Part shown: positions 9,173 through 17,988 of the stretch, piece by piece
Layout: every line of letters begins with the position of its first letter
How positions within the stretch are numbered: the stretch's first letter is position 1
Sequence record: MN850584.1
Reading direction: 5' to 3' (one strand)
Length of the DNA stretch: 64,000 nt
Origin: Escherichia phage arall
Translations under genes and position numbers: made by a program
Notes under the pieces: model-generated
Seen by the model: only the letters and a program-made list of their open reading frames with translations
What the model was told of the DNA's origin: nothing
The model's database searches: none

Positions 9173-11248
9173 ATGAAACAGGCTATTTTTACTGTAACTC
9201 GAAATACGAGAGTAAATGCCAGTTCATTCAGCTATAAGACCGTCGATGGAACGGCGGTCGCTGGTAGAGATTATGTAGCTAAACAGGGAACAGTAACGTT
9301 CCCTTCTGATGCAGATTCTGCTACTGTAGTGGTTGATGTATATGAACGTCCGGCAAACTCTTTAGATCTTTATTTTACTCTTGAGATTACTAGCATAAGT
9401 CAAAATAACATGATGATCAACGAAGAAATTCGTTGTGTTATTACGACTGATCAATCGAATACAACCCCGCTAACTTGGCCTGTTGTGAAGTCTAGAATGT
9501 TTGATCCTAAGTTTTGGACAATAGATTCTCAAGCAACAGAAAGTTGTTCTATTATCTCTAATGGTGATTCTTTCACAGCAAGAATGGTTAATAGGACAGT
9601 GGCTGGTCTTGCTGGGATTATTTGGTCAACTTACGATAAATATGATCACAAAGGATTAGGCTACCAAGAACATTCTGACTTAAGTAAAGAGAAACTTTGG
9701 TTTAAAATGGAACTTAGTCAAGGTGTTCCTGGATTAAAAGAAGAAAAATTAATACCATCCTTAACAGTGACACTGAAGGATGAAACAGTTCATTATGTAT
9801 CTCTAAACTTTTATGCAGAAGAAGTTTCAGAAGATGGTAAGACAGCAACAATCAAACTAGATTTCTCAAATTTAAAATCTGGGCCAGAAAATGATATTGT
9901 TGTTGACACTACACAGATAGATAATATGTTCTTCTCCTTGATCTCCACAAGGTATCAAGAAATTGAAGATATTATTCCTGTAGACAATGTGGATCTTTCC
10001 TTTAAGTTTACCATACTGGAGCCTGATACTGGTTACAGTATGATGAATATGGGTAATTTAAATGTTCCAGCACACACCATAAGAATGTGTACATCTTATG
10101 ATGATATGTATAACCTGACCCCAGAGCGAGTTATTTCTAACACCTACAGATTAGGTTATAGGGATATGATTAACCATTATAATGGTATGTCACACTATTA
10201 TCAGTTTAGTTGGGATGCTGGTTCTAATAAATGGGTTTTGAATAGAACAGAATATTTAAACCCAGCAACAGAAGCATGGTTTGATAATTTCCACGCTAAT
10301 GCAAAAGCTATGGGCTACACAGTAATGAACTCCTTAAGTTTTGAACTTATGAGTACAGTGTGTCCTGTAGAATGGGTTCAACATACTTGGAATGATGATC
10401 TGGCTGCTACAGGTTATGAGCCACCAAGTTATGTTTTATCTCCTTCAATTGATGAAGGGATGAATTATTTACAAGGTGTAATAAATAAGATAGCTTCTAT
10501 ATCCGCTGCCAATGATCTTCCTGTTATTATTCAGGTTGGTGAACCGTGGTGGTGGTATAACACAGCTACCAATCTACCGTGTATTTATGATTATACAACC
10601 AAAGTTGCATTTAATAATGAAACTGGATTATATGCACAAGATGTTGGTACAGTTAAGAATTATAAAACTGGTACACCATATGATGAATATTATGCATTCC
10701 TATCTAAAACATTAGGACTGCGTGTTGCTAAATTTGCAACAGATACTAGATTAGCATATCCTGGGGCTAAAGTTACATTATTACCATTTGTGCCATCCAT
10801 TTTAGGTAACGGTATGATGGAGTTTGTTAACTTCCCTAAAGATTATTATATCCCAGAAAACTTTGACTTTTATTGTTCAGAATGTTATGACTGGTTGTTG
10901 GAAGGTCAGATGGAAAGATCTTTCGACGCTATTAAAATACCTAATGAGCAACTAGGTTTTAGTTATGATAAGATACATTATCTTGCAGGGTTTGTTCCAG
11001 ATGCAACTCTAGCACCATTATATGGCTTTGATCCTGAATCAGACTACAGAACATATTTGTGGAAAATGATTATAGGTAATATTGTATTGAATGACCAGAA
11101 GTTTGTTGGTTTGTATCAATACATATGGGCTTATCCACAAATTATGGCAGATTCATTAACTGTTCTTAATTCAAAATCCCAAGTTTTTTATATGGGTAAC
11201 GTACCTCTGAATGTCTTTTTACAAGATACAGTATATGTTTCTTCTTAA
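9173..11248 (+). CDS. structural protein with N-terminal Calx-beta-like domain
   Basis: 691 aa; FSYKTVDGTAVAGRDYVAKQGTVTFPSDADSATVVVDV matches the Calx-beta signature (DGTA..G.DY … g.v.F). Confidence 0.45.
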   Translation: MKQAIFTVTRNTRVNASSFSYKTVDGTAVAGRDYVAKQGTVTFPSDADSATVVVDVYERPANSLDLYFTLEITSISQNNMMINEEIRCVITTDQSNTTPLTWPVVKSRMFDPKFWTIDSQATESCSIISNGDSFTARMVNRTVAGLAGIIWSTYDKYDHKGLGYQEHSDLSKEKLWFKMELSQGVPGLKEEKLIPSLTVTLKDETVHYVSLNFYAEEVSEDGKTATIKLDFSNLKSGPENDIVVDTTQIDNMFFSLISTRYQEIEDIIPVDNVDLSFKFTILEPDTGYSMMNMGNLNVPAHTIRMCTSYDDMYNLTPERVISNTYRLGYRDMINHYNGMSHYYQFSWDAGSNKWVLNRTEYLNPATEAWFDNFHANAKAMGYTVMNSLSFELMSTVCPVEWVQHTWNDDLAATGYEPPSYVLSPSIDEGMNYLQGVINKIASISAANDLPVIIQVGEPWWWYNTATNLPCIYDYTTKVAFNNETGLYAQDVGTVKNYKTGTPYDEYYAFLSKTLGLRVAKFATDTRLAYPGAKVTLLPFVPSILGNGMMEFVNFPKDYYIPENFDFYCSECYDWLLEGQMERSFDAIKIPNEQLGFSYDKIHYLAGFVPDATLAPLYGFDPESDYRTYLWKMIIGNIVLNDQKFVGLYQYIWAYPQIMADSLTVLNSKSQVFYMGNVPLNVFLQDTVYVSS

Positions 11249-11259
11249 GGATCTCTAGT

Positions 11260-11505
11260 ATGAGAAAATTTTTAATAGGTATGTTTTGTACATATCCTGA
11301 TAATAAAGTCAGTTCTACTAAAGTTTGGAATGCTATTGGTATGATTGTTATGTCCAGTATGTTTATTTATTTGGGAATTGATAAAGAAATTCCTGAATGG
11401 ATGGGCTGGGCTTTTGTTTTTATGATCACACCATCCAGACTAATGAAGAATTTAATAGATTTACGTTGGGGCAGATCACCTGCCCCTGATAAGGAGGATA
11501 ACTAA
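11260..11505 (+). CDS. small membrane protein
   Basis: 81 aa; hydrophobic segment IGMIVMSSMFIYLGI, second WMGWAFVFMITP. Confidence 0.4.
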   Translation: MRKFLIGMFCTYPDNKVSSTKVWNAIGMIVMSSMFIYLGIDKEIPEWMGWAFVFMITPSRLMKNLIDLRWGRSPAPDKEDN

Positions 11506-12992
11506 TGGCAGATTATGGTTTAACAGATGCTGGTTTTGTCATTCCAACGTTTGATGATATTCTAAATAATTATATGACAGCATTGAAAAACACTTTCGGT
11601 GCAGATACAGCTACATCTGAAGATACTGTCTTTGGTCAACTGTTTCGTATTATTGCATATACAGATTACACCCTTTGGGAAGGTATGCAAGGTGTTTACA
11701 ATACCCAAACCTTAGATGGTGCAGAAGGTATTTACCTTGATGAAATTTTCTCTAAAAGGGGTTTTTATCGTAAAGCTGCTTCTGCTGGTAGTGGTTATGC
11801 TTATGTTAAATCTAACAATAAGGCAGCTTGGACTTATGAGCTAAGTACAGATGTTTATTTTAACGCCGATAACGATTTGACATATTATGTCAGTGCACCA
11901 ACAATGTTGAATGCTAAGATTGGAGCATATACCATTTCTAAAGCAAACGCAACAGCTTCTGGTGAAACTTCTATTACTTTCTACATTCAAAGTGCTATTG
12001 ATGGTGGTCTTAACAGTAAAACACTAAGTCCTAGCAATACAAACTTTATTTTAGATCTCACGAATTTCATTAAAGCTAACGTATCAACAACAGATCGTGC
12101 TTTAGTATGGAATGATGCTAGTAATGTTTACATGGGTTATAATCCAGAAGATAATGTTAACCCAATAGGTCTAGTAACACCAGTGAAATTTTATGCATCT
12201 ATTGCAATAGGTACAAAATGGAGTGAAATTCCAGTTACGTGTTCAGACGTTGGTTATAATCCAGTAGGTACAGAAAGTATCACAGGTATTTCTTCAACGT
12301 TTACAGGCTTTTTAGATACAGGTAACTTCTATCCATTCTCTCCAGGTACAGATGTTGAAACAGATGCAGAATTCCGTTCTCGTTTCAATGATAATATGGA
12401 TGAAGCTAATGCTGCTACTCGTGCTGCTATTGTTAAAGCTCTGCTACTGACAGATGGTGTGACAAAGGTTAAGATTTATGATAACCCTACATTACATGAT
12501 CAGGAACATGCTCCAGCTATGACATTCCAGACTATTGTGTATGGTGGTACAGCAGAAGAAGTTGCACAGGTTATTTATAATACTAAGCCTATTAACACCC
12601 TAACCTATGGTACAACAGCAATTACTATCGTAACAGAAGATGGTGGTCAAGAAGTAATTCGTTTTTCTCCTGGTGACAATGCTGAATATTCACTTAAACT
12701 AGTATATCAAACTGGCAATGGTAGTGTGTTAAGTACAACAGAAAGAGAAAATATTGTTTCTGCTCTTTCAAATCTACAGGCTTATTTTGAGTTAGGGTCA
12801 ACAGTAACTAACGATCAGATAAAAGGTGTAATTTATTCTGCACTTGCGTTCGGACGCTTGACTTCTCTCCGTGTTTATGTTAAACTTAATACTGAGGATG
12901 ACAGTAAATATAATGAGGGAGATATCACTCCAGCGTACAATGTTGTACCATCCTTTGACCTTGATAATATTTCCTACGAGTACGGAGTCTAA
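11505..12992 (+). CDS. baseplate J-like wedge protein (by position)
   Basis: 495 aa; ATGA overlap with upstream gene; precedes a gpI/XkdU-like gene and the tail fiber. Confidence 0.35.
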   Translation: MADYGLTDAGFVIPTFDDILNNYMTALKNTFGADTATSEDTVFGQLFRIIAYTDYTLWEGMQGVYNTQTLDGAEGIYLDEIFSKRGFYRKAASAGSGYAYVKSNNKAAWTYELSTDVYFNADNDLTYYVSAPTMLNAKIGAYTISKANATASGETSITFYIQSAIDGGLNSKTLSPSNTNFILDLTNFIKANVSTTDRALVWNDASNVYMGYNPEDNVNPIGLVTPVKFYASIAIGTKWSEIPVTCSDVGYNPVGTESITGISSTFTGFLDTGNFYPFSPGTDVETDAEFRSRFNDNMDEANAATRAAIVKALLLTDGVTKVKIYDNPTLHDQEHAPAMTFQTIVYGGTAEEVAQVIYNTKPINTLTYGTTAITIVTEDGGQEVIRFSPGDNAEYSLKLVYQTGNGSVLSTTERENIVSALSNLQAYFELGSTVTNDQIKGVIYSALAFGRLTSLRVYVKLNTEDDSKYNEGDITPAYNVVPSFDLDNISYEYGV

Positions 12993-12994
12993 AA

Positions 12995-13624
12995 ATGGCA
13001 GTGAGTGTTGACCATGTGACAACGTGGGATAGTATCAATGAAGATGTTAAAGACCTACTGATTGAAGATTTTAAATCTTCTCCGAACATTGTCAAACTAC
13101 TCTATATCATTTCTAGCGAAAAACAAAAGATAGATCAGGCAATGATCTATCTTGCCAAACACCGCTTAATCTCTACTGCGACTGGTAAGTATTTAGATCT
13201 TATTGGTGAAGAGATGGGGATGGAAAGAAATGGTGCTACAGATGAAGAGTATCGTACAATATTAAAAATCAGGGCTTATCGTGTTGCGTCTTCTGGTACG
13301 CGAGATGATATCATTGATATGTTCGCTCGTTTTACAGGAACAGAAAAAGAAACGATTAATACATACGTTGGACTAAATAAAACATTCGACGTATTCTTTT
13401 ATAATTTGTGTCTACAATCCGATCAGGCAGTAGCACAGTTACTTAACGTTTTCCCGATCCTAAGTAGTTATCGCTTAGGTGCGAAAGCGGGTGCAGCCTT
13501 TGGTTTCACTTCCTATTATGCCACAACTCCACCTCATGGTATAGGTGGTTTAGGTTCTCTTTACACAGAGGCTGAAGGAGATGATACAGGGCGAATGACT
13601 ATGCTGATAGCTCAAATAGAATAA
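12995..13624 (+). CDS. baseplate/tail protein (gpI/XkdU-like by position)
   Basis: 209 aa; between J-like gene and tail fiber gene. Confidence 0.35.
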   Translation: MAVSVDHVTTWDSINEDVKDLLIEDFKSSPNIVKLLYIISSEKQKIDQAMIYLAKHRLISTATGKYLDLIGEEMGMERNGATDEEYRTILKIRAYRVASSGTRDDIIDMFARFTGTEKETINTYVGLNKTFDVFFYNLCLQSDQAVAQLLNVFPILSSYRLGAKAGAAFGFTSYYATTPPHGIGGLGSLYTEAEGDDTGRMTMLIAQIE

Positions 13625-13637
13625 GGAGTTACTCTTA

Positions 13638-14618
13638 ATGGCAAAGCCACAATACTACCCTGACTGGGCGACACAAACAGTAACCCTCCCAGGAACGGGA
13701 AACACAAACAAGATTAGACCAAAAGAAACCATCCGTAATGTTGGTATGGACTTTGGTCAGATTATGACTTGTGAAGAAATGAACTGGATCTTAAACAATA
13801 TTGGGTCTTGGATTCGCTATATGCAAGATGAATTCTTCCCAACATTGCCTACTACATATCTTCCTATAGTCGGTACTAAAATTACAATGGCAGGTGATGC
13901 TACAGGTGAAGTTACATGGAATGGTAATGCTGCTGTAACATTATCTATTCAAGTAGTAGATAACAGTCATAATCACTTATCAGCTAACATTACAGACGCA
14001 ACATCGAACCAAGTTGTAGGAAATGTCCTTGTTAAGCGTGATAATGGTGGTGCTATCTATGCAGGTGATATTTACACTTGTGGTACAGGTGCTACAGATC
14101 CTGCAACATTATTTTTTAGAAACTATAATGGACAAACAGTAGGTAATATGTCCTCTGAACCAGGTGCAGGTGGTCAACTCTATATTTATAGAATGAACCC
14201 ATCAACTGGAGGAACATCTTGTGCAGTCCGTTTATATGATGCAGGTTATGTTTTAATAGACAATCCTCGTTCTAATTCTGGTCAAGATACTGGCAATGGT
14301 AATGCTCTTGTAAGATTAGATTATCTTAACTCAAGACTAAACTCATTGCAAAGTACACTGCAAAATAATATTAACAACGTTAATAGCAACTTGCAAGGCC
14401 AAATTAATAACATTAACAATAGAGTTTCTTCTGTTGTGTCTTCTATCCGTCTAGGTACACGTATTAAAGCTGGTGTATCTGAATCTCCTTTCTATGCTGG
14501 TCACGTGATCACAGGTTGGGGTTTTGGTGATAAGAAAGAACTTCGTGGTGCTTGGTATTGGTCAGCCCCGCTACAATATTATATTAATGGTAGCTGGATA
14601 ACAGTAACCAACGTTTAG
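13638..14618 (+). CDS. tail fiber protein
   Basis: 326 aa; AAGGAG RBS; Gly/Thr/Asn-rich; heptad coiled coil LVRLDYLNSRLNSLQSTLQNNINNVNSNLQGQINNINNRV. Confidence 0.5.
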   Translation: MAKPQYYPDWATQTVTLPGTGNTNKIRPKETIRNVGMDFGQIMTCEEMNWILNNIGSWIRYMQDEFFPTLPTTYLPIVGTKITMAGDATGEVTWNGNAAVTLSIQVVDNSHNHLSANITDATSNQVVGNVLVKRDNGGAIYAGDIYTCGTGATDPATLFFRNYNGQTVGNMSSEPGAGGQLYIYRMNPSTGGTSCAVRLYDAGYVLIDNPRSNSGQDTGNGNALVRLDYLNSRLNSLQSTLQNNINNVNSNLQGQINNINNRVSSVVSSIRLGTRIKAGVSESPFYAGHVITGWGFGDKKELRGAWYWSAPLQYYINGSWITVTNV

Positions 14619-14630
14619 TAAGGAGAACAC

Positions 14631-15182
14631 ATGAAAAAAGATGTTATTTACACTGGCTTTGAACTATATCAACCAGAATTGACAGAAGAAAATGTCATCT
14701 ATCTTTCAATAGGTGCTGGTTTTCTTAAAGATAAAGATGGTAATGATTGGTACGAAATTCAGAAATATTTATCCAAAAATTACCCTGATGCCTATTTCTT
14801 AACTCTAGATCACAACAATGTAGTTGTTGCAGCTACGAAAGATGTTTCTACATATTTTCCCGCTGGTCTTACTGTTCTTGTAACATACAATGTTCCAGAT
14901 AAAATAGAAGAAGAAAGCAATCTAGGATCGTGGAAATATGACAATGGTAAGTTTATTTCTCATAATGGGTTTGCAATAGAAGATGCCAACCTTAAAATGG
15001 AAAAAGAATTAACTTGGGCCACAAATCAAATATCTGCAATTCAAGATTTAGAGGAATTACAAGGTTTATCTGAAGAACAAAAAGATTGGTTAGGAAAAGT
15101 TAAACTCTATCGTGCAACATTAATTCAAATTAACGTTGAAGATGCACCTAATATAACTTGGCCTACAAGACCTAAGAAATAG
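14631..15182 (+). CDS. tail fiber assembly/chaperone protein (by position)
   Basis: 183 aa; AAGGAG RBS; directly downstream of fiber gene. Confidence 0.3.
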   Translation: MKKDVIYTGFELYQPELTEENVIYLSIGAGFLKDKDGNDWYEIQKYLSKNYPDAYFLTLDHNNVVVAATKDVSTYFPAGLTVLVTYNVPDKIEEESNLGSWKYDNGKFISHNGFAIEDANLKMEKELTWATNQISAIQDLEELQGLSEEQKDWLGKVKLYRATLIQINVEDAPNITWPTRPKK

Positions 15183-15191
15183 GGGCAATGT

Positions 15192-15533
15192 ATGGAGCTA
15201 ACAGAAGTATGGGATATCGCTAAAGAGGCGATTATCCCTCTTATTGGCGTAATCTGGGTGGTCTTCAAACAGAAGATAGATGATATGGCAAGTGATTTGG
15301 ATAAAATGGAAGACAAATACCGCGAACTAGAAAAGAAGTTGGTGTTTGTTGAATCCACTTATGCTACCAAAGCAGAACTTGCTCAAATGCTTAACCAGAT
15401 CAACTCTACATTAATGGCAAATAATACTGCCTTAGAACAGAAGATTGAAAAAATAATGGATTTAAAAAATGCTCCTGTTCAATTAATGTTAGAGGAGATT
15501 ACAAAGCGCACACAAAGTAAGGACAAAAATTAA
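15192..15533 (+). CDS. membrane-anchored coiled-coil protein (possible lysis-associated XhlA-like or fiber accessory)
   Basis: 113 aa; one TM segment (AIIPLIGVIWVVF) followed by coiled coil. Confidence 0.35.
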   Translation: MELTEVWDIAKEAIIPLIGVIWVVFKQKIDDMASDLDKMEDKYRELEKKLVFVESTYATKAELAQMLNQINSTLMANNTALEQKIEKIMDLKNAPVQLMLEEITKRTQSKDKN

Positions 15534-17947
15534 TGGCGAATTTTCCAACATATCCTGCTACGACACTAGAACAAGGTGTTGATCTGGTTATATTCTCGTC
15601 TAACCAGATGCATGATGTTATTAATGGGGATGCTACAGCAACTGTAGAAACCGAAACAGGTTTAATACCTACACTGCGTAAAGCACTTGTTGATAACTTC
15701 TTCTTTAAGAGTCCTGTTGCTTGGTCAGCAGGATCAACTGAAACTGTATTTAACCAGTTACGTTATTTTGAAAACGGTATCTTGAGTGGGTACTATTATG
15801 CCCCATCTGCCACTACTGCGAACCCTGTACCTATGCAGGGCACACCTGTAGGGGACAGTAACTGGACTCTGTACGCTCTTAAAACTGAACAGTTAGCTTC
15901 AGATGTATATCCTTGGTATTTTAAAGGTGCTACAGGATATGAAACAGAAATCAGTCCTCCTTATATCTTTGATAATGCTATTGTCACCATTAACGGTGTA
16001 ATTCAGATTCAAGGTGAAGCATTTACTATCAAAGATAGTAAAATTATTCTGGCAGAACCATTAGGTTTAGATCCGTCTACTGGTCTACCTAACAAATTGT
16101 TTGCTTTTATTGGTAAAACAACAGCCTCTACTTCTTACGTAGAGAAAAACCTTTTGTCATCTACCACTGGTGCAGCAATGGTTGGTCTTCCATCTGGAGG
16201 CAACCTGTTACAAGCTCAATACTTTGTAACGCCTGAGCAGTTTGGTGCAATTGGTGATGGAGTTACCGATGATACTCAAGCAATTTTAAAAACTATCACT
16301 TTCGCTAACACGAATAACATTCAAGTACGTGCGGATAAGAATTATAGATTCACAAGCTCAATTGCTATGTCTGGTATTCGTTGGTATGGTGGTACATTCA
16401 CTGGTAACGGTGGAACAATGATTTCTACTGTGTCCTGTTGGATGGAAAACGTTCGCTTTGAAAAATGTTATGTTAAGATGTTAGGTGGCGATTGCCGATT
16501 CTATCGTAATATCTTCTCCAACGCAACATCTACAGCAGCATTCTTAATGCAAACAATGACAAGTGAAGGTACGTTGGACTTCAGTTACAACGAAATGTAT
16601 GGTTGTAAATATGCGATCCTACAACAAGGTACTGGAGAAGTAATGACCTATGGGCGTTACTCTAACAACTATATTCACGATATCAAAGGTGATGCTATTG
16701 AACTTAACGTAGTTCAAAAACACTACACTGAAGGTTTGATTATCGAGAATAACCACATTGCTAACGTAGATGCTTCTGGACAAGGGGCAAACTGGGGTAT
16801 TGGTATTGGTGTAGCAGGTAGTGGCCCATATGGTGTTGATGTTCCTGATTCACAATATGTACGTAACTTCAGTATCGTTGGGAATAGGGTTTACAATTGC
16901 CGTCAATGTTTACACGTTGAAATGGGTAAAAACTTCACGATACGTGATAATGAAGTTTATCCTAACACAGCAGTTTCAACAGGTACAGGTTTAACTACTT
17001 GTGGTGTTGCATTATACGGATGCCAAGATTTTGAAGTTGATGGTTTAACTGGTTATCTGCTTAATGATCCGTCTGTTTCAACACGCATGGTCTTTATTGA
17101 TTGGGGTGTTAACAGTGGAAGATATGCGGGGCCACCAATTAACTTTACAATTAAGAATTTGGATATTCCAGAATCTTCAATTGAGATTGCAACATCTGGA
17201 TCAGATGCTTGGGAAAACTCTACAATTGTTAGTAACATCAATTGTAATGTTTTTAAATGGCGTGGGCTACCATCTAGCTCTACTTTTAATAATATTCGTT
17301 GCCGTAGTATTGACTTTATTGGTCAACACGGAAGCGGAGAAGGAAGTGGTGGCGGTTTCTATACTCGCAGCCAATTCACGTATATGAAGTGGGTAGGATG
17401 TACAGCACTTAGCGGAGATGAAACAACAGTTTCTTTTGCTAAAATCTACACTGATCGTTGCGATCAGGTTGGAAATAACTTTGGTGTTCCAACTGCTGTT
17501 GATGGTACAGGTCATCGTGGGCCAGTTTTAACTACTATTTCTGAACAATATTTTACAGCTTATGATGAATTCCCAGGTGGGCGTGAATTCCCTACTGGAA
17601 CAGTTATTCATTGTGCAAGCGGTAAAAAACATGTTGTTACAGTAGGTGGTGCTTTCTTCAGTGCCAACGAGAAAATAAAAGCAACTGTTACAGGTCAAAC
17701 CTATCTACAGTCTAATGCTTTAAACTGGGCTAGTAATGGCTACGCTAAAGCAGCAGGTACTAAGATTGTTATTCCAGGTGCAGGTGCAAATGGCGGCGAT
17801 CTTGTGACAACTATAGCACGTGCTACATACGTGACAAATAGTTTGTACACAATAGATATTGCAGATCCAATTGTAACACCTACAGCAGAGAATACACAAA
17901 TTAAAGCTCTGAATCCTGTTACTTTTGTTACTGTCAACAATGCTTAA
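15533..17947 (+). CDS. tailspike / depolymerase-like protein
   Basis: 804 aa; Gly/Asn-rich turn-rich stretches (NNHIANVDASGQGANWGIGIGVAGSG) suggest a beta-helix; followed by a terminator. Confidence 0.45.
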   Translation: MANFPTYPATTLEQGVDLVIFSSNQMHDVINGDATATVETETGLIPTLRKALVDNFFFKSPVAWSAGSTETVFNQLRYFENGILSGYYYAPSATTANPVPMQGTPVGDSNWTLYALKTEQLASDVYPWYFKGATGYETEISPPYIFDNAIVTINGVIQIQGEAFTIKDSKIILAEPLGLDPSTGLPNKLFAFIGKTTASTSYVEKNLLSSTTGAAMVGLPSGGNLLQAQYFVTPEQFGAIGDGVTDDTQAILKTITFANTNNIQVRADKNYRFTSSIAMSGIRWYGGTFTGNGGTMISTVSCWMENVRFEKCYVKMLGGDCRFYRNIFSNATSTAAFLMQTMTSEGTLDFSYNEMYGCKYAILQQGTGEVMTYGRYSNNYIHDIKGDAIELNVVQKHYTEGLIIENNHIANVDASGQGANWGIGIGVAGSGPYGVDVPDSQYVRNFSIVGNRVYNCRQCLHVEMGKNFTIRDNEVYPNTAVSTGTGLTTCGVALYGCQDFEVDGLTGYLLNDPSVSTRMVFIDWGVNSGRYAGPPINFTIKNLDIPESSIEIATSGSDAWENSTIVSNINCNVFKWRGLPSSSTFNNIRCRSIDFIGQHGSGEGSGGGFYTRSQFTYMKWVGCTALSGDETTVSFAKIYTDRCDQVGNNFGVPTAVDGTGHRGPVLTTISEQYFTAYDEFPGGREFPTGTVIHCASGKKHVVTVGGAFFSANEKIKATVTGQTYLQSNALNWASNGYAKAAGTKIVIPGAGANGGDLVTTIARATYVTNSLYTIDIADPIVTPTAENTQIKALNPVTFVTVNNA

Positions 17948-17951
17948 TTAA

Positions 17952-17975
17952 AAAGGGGCGAAAGCCCCTTTATAA
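17952..17975 (+). terminator. rho-independent terminator
   Basis: AAAGGGGC-GAAA-GCCCCTTT hairpin followed by A/T-rich tract. Confidence 0.6.
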
Positions 17976-17988
17976 AAGGAGTAGTAAA

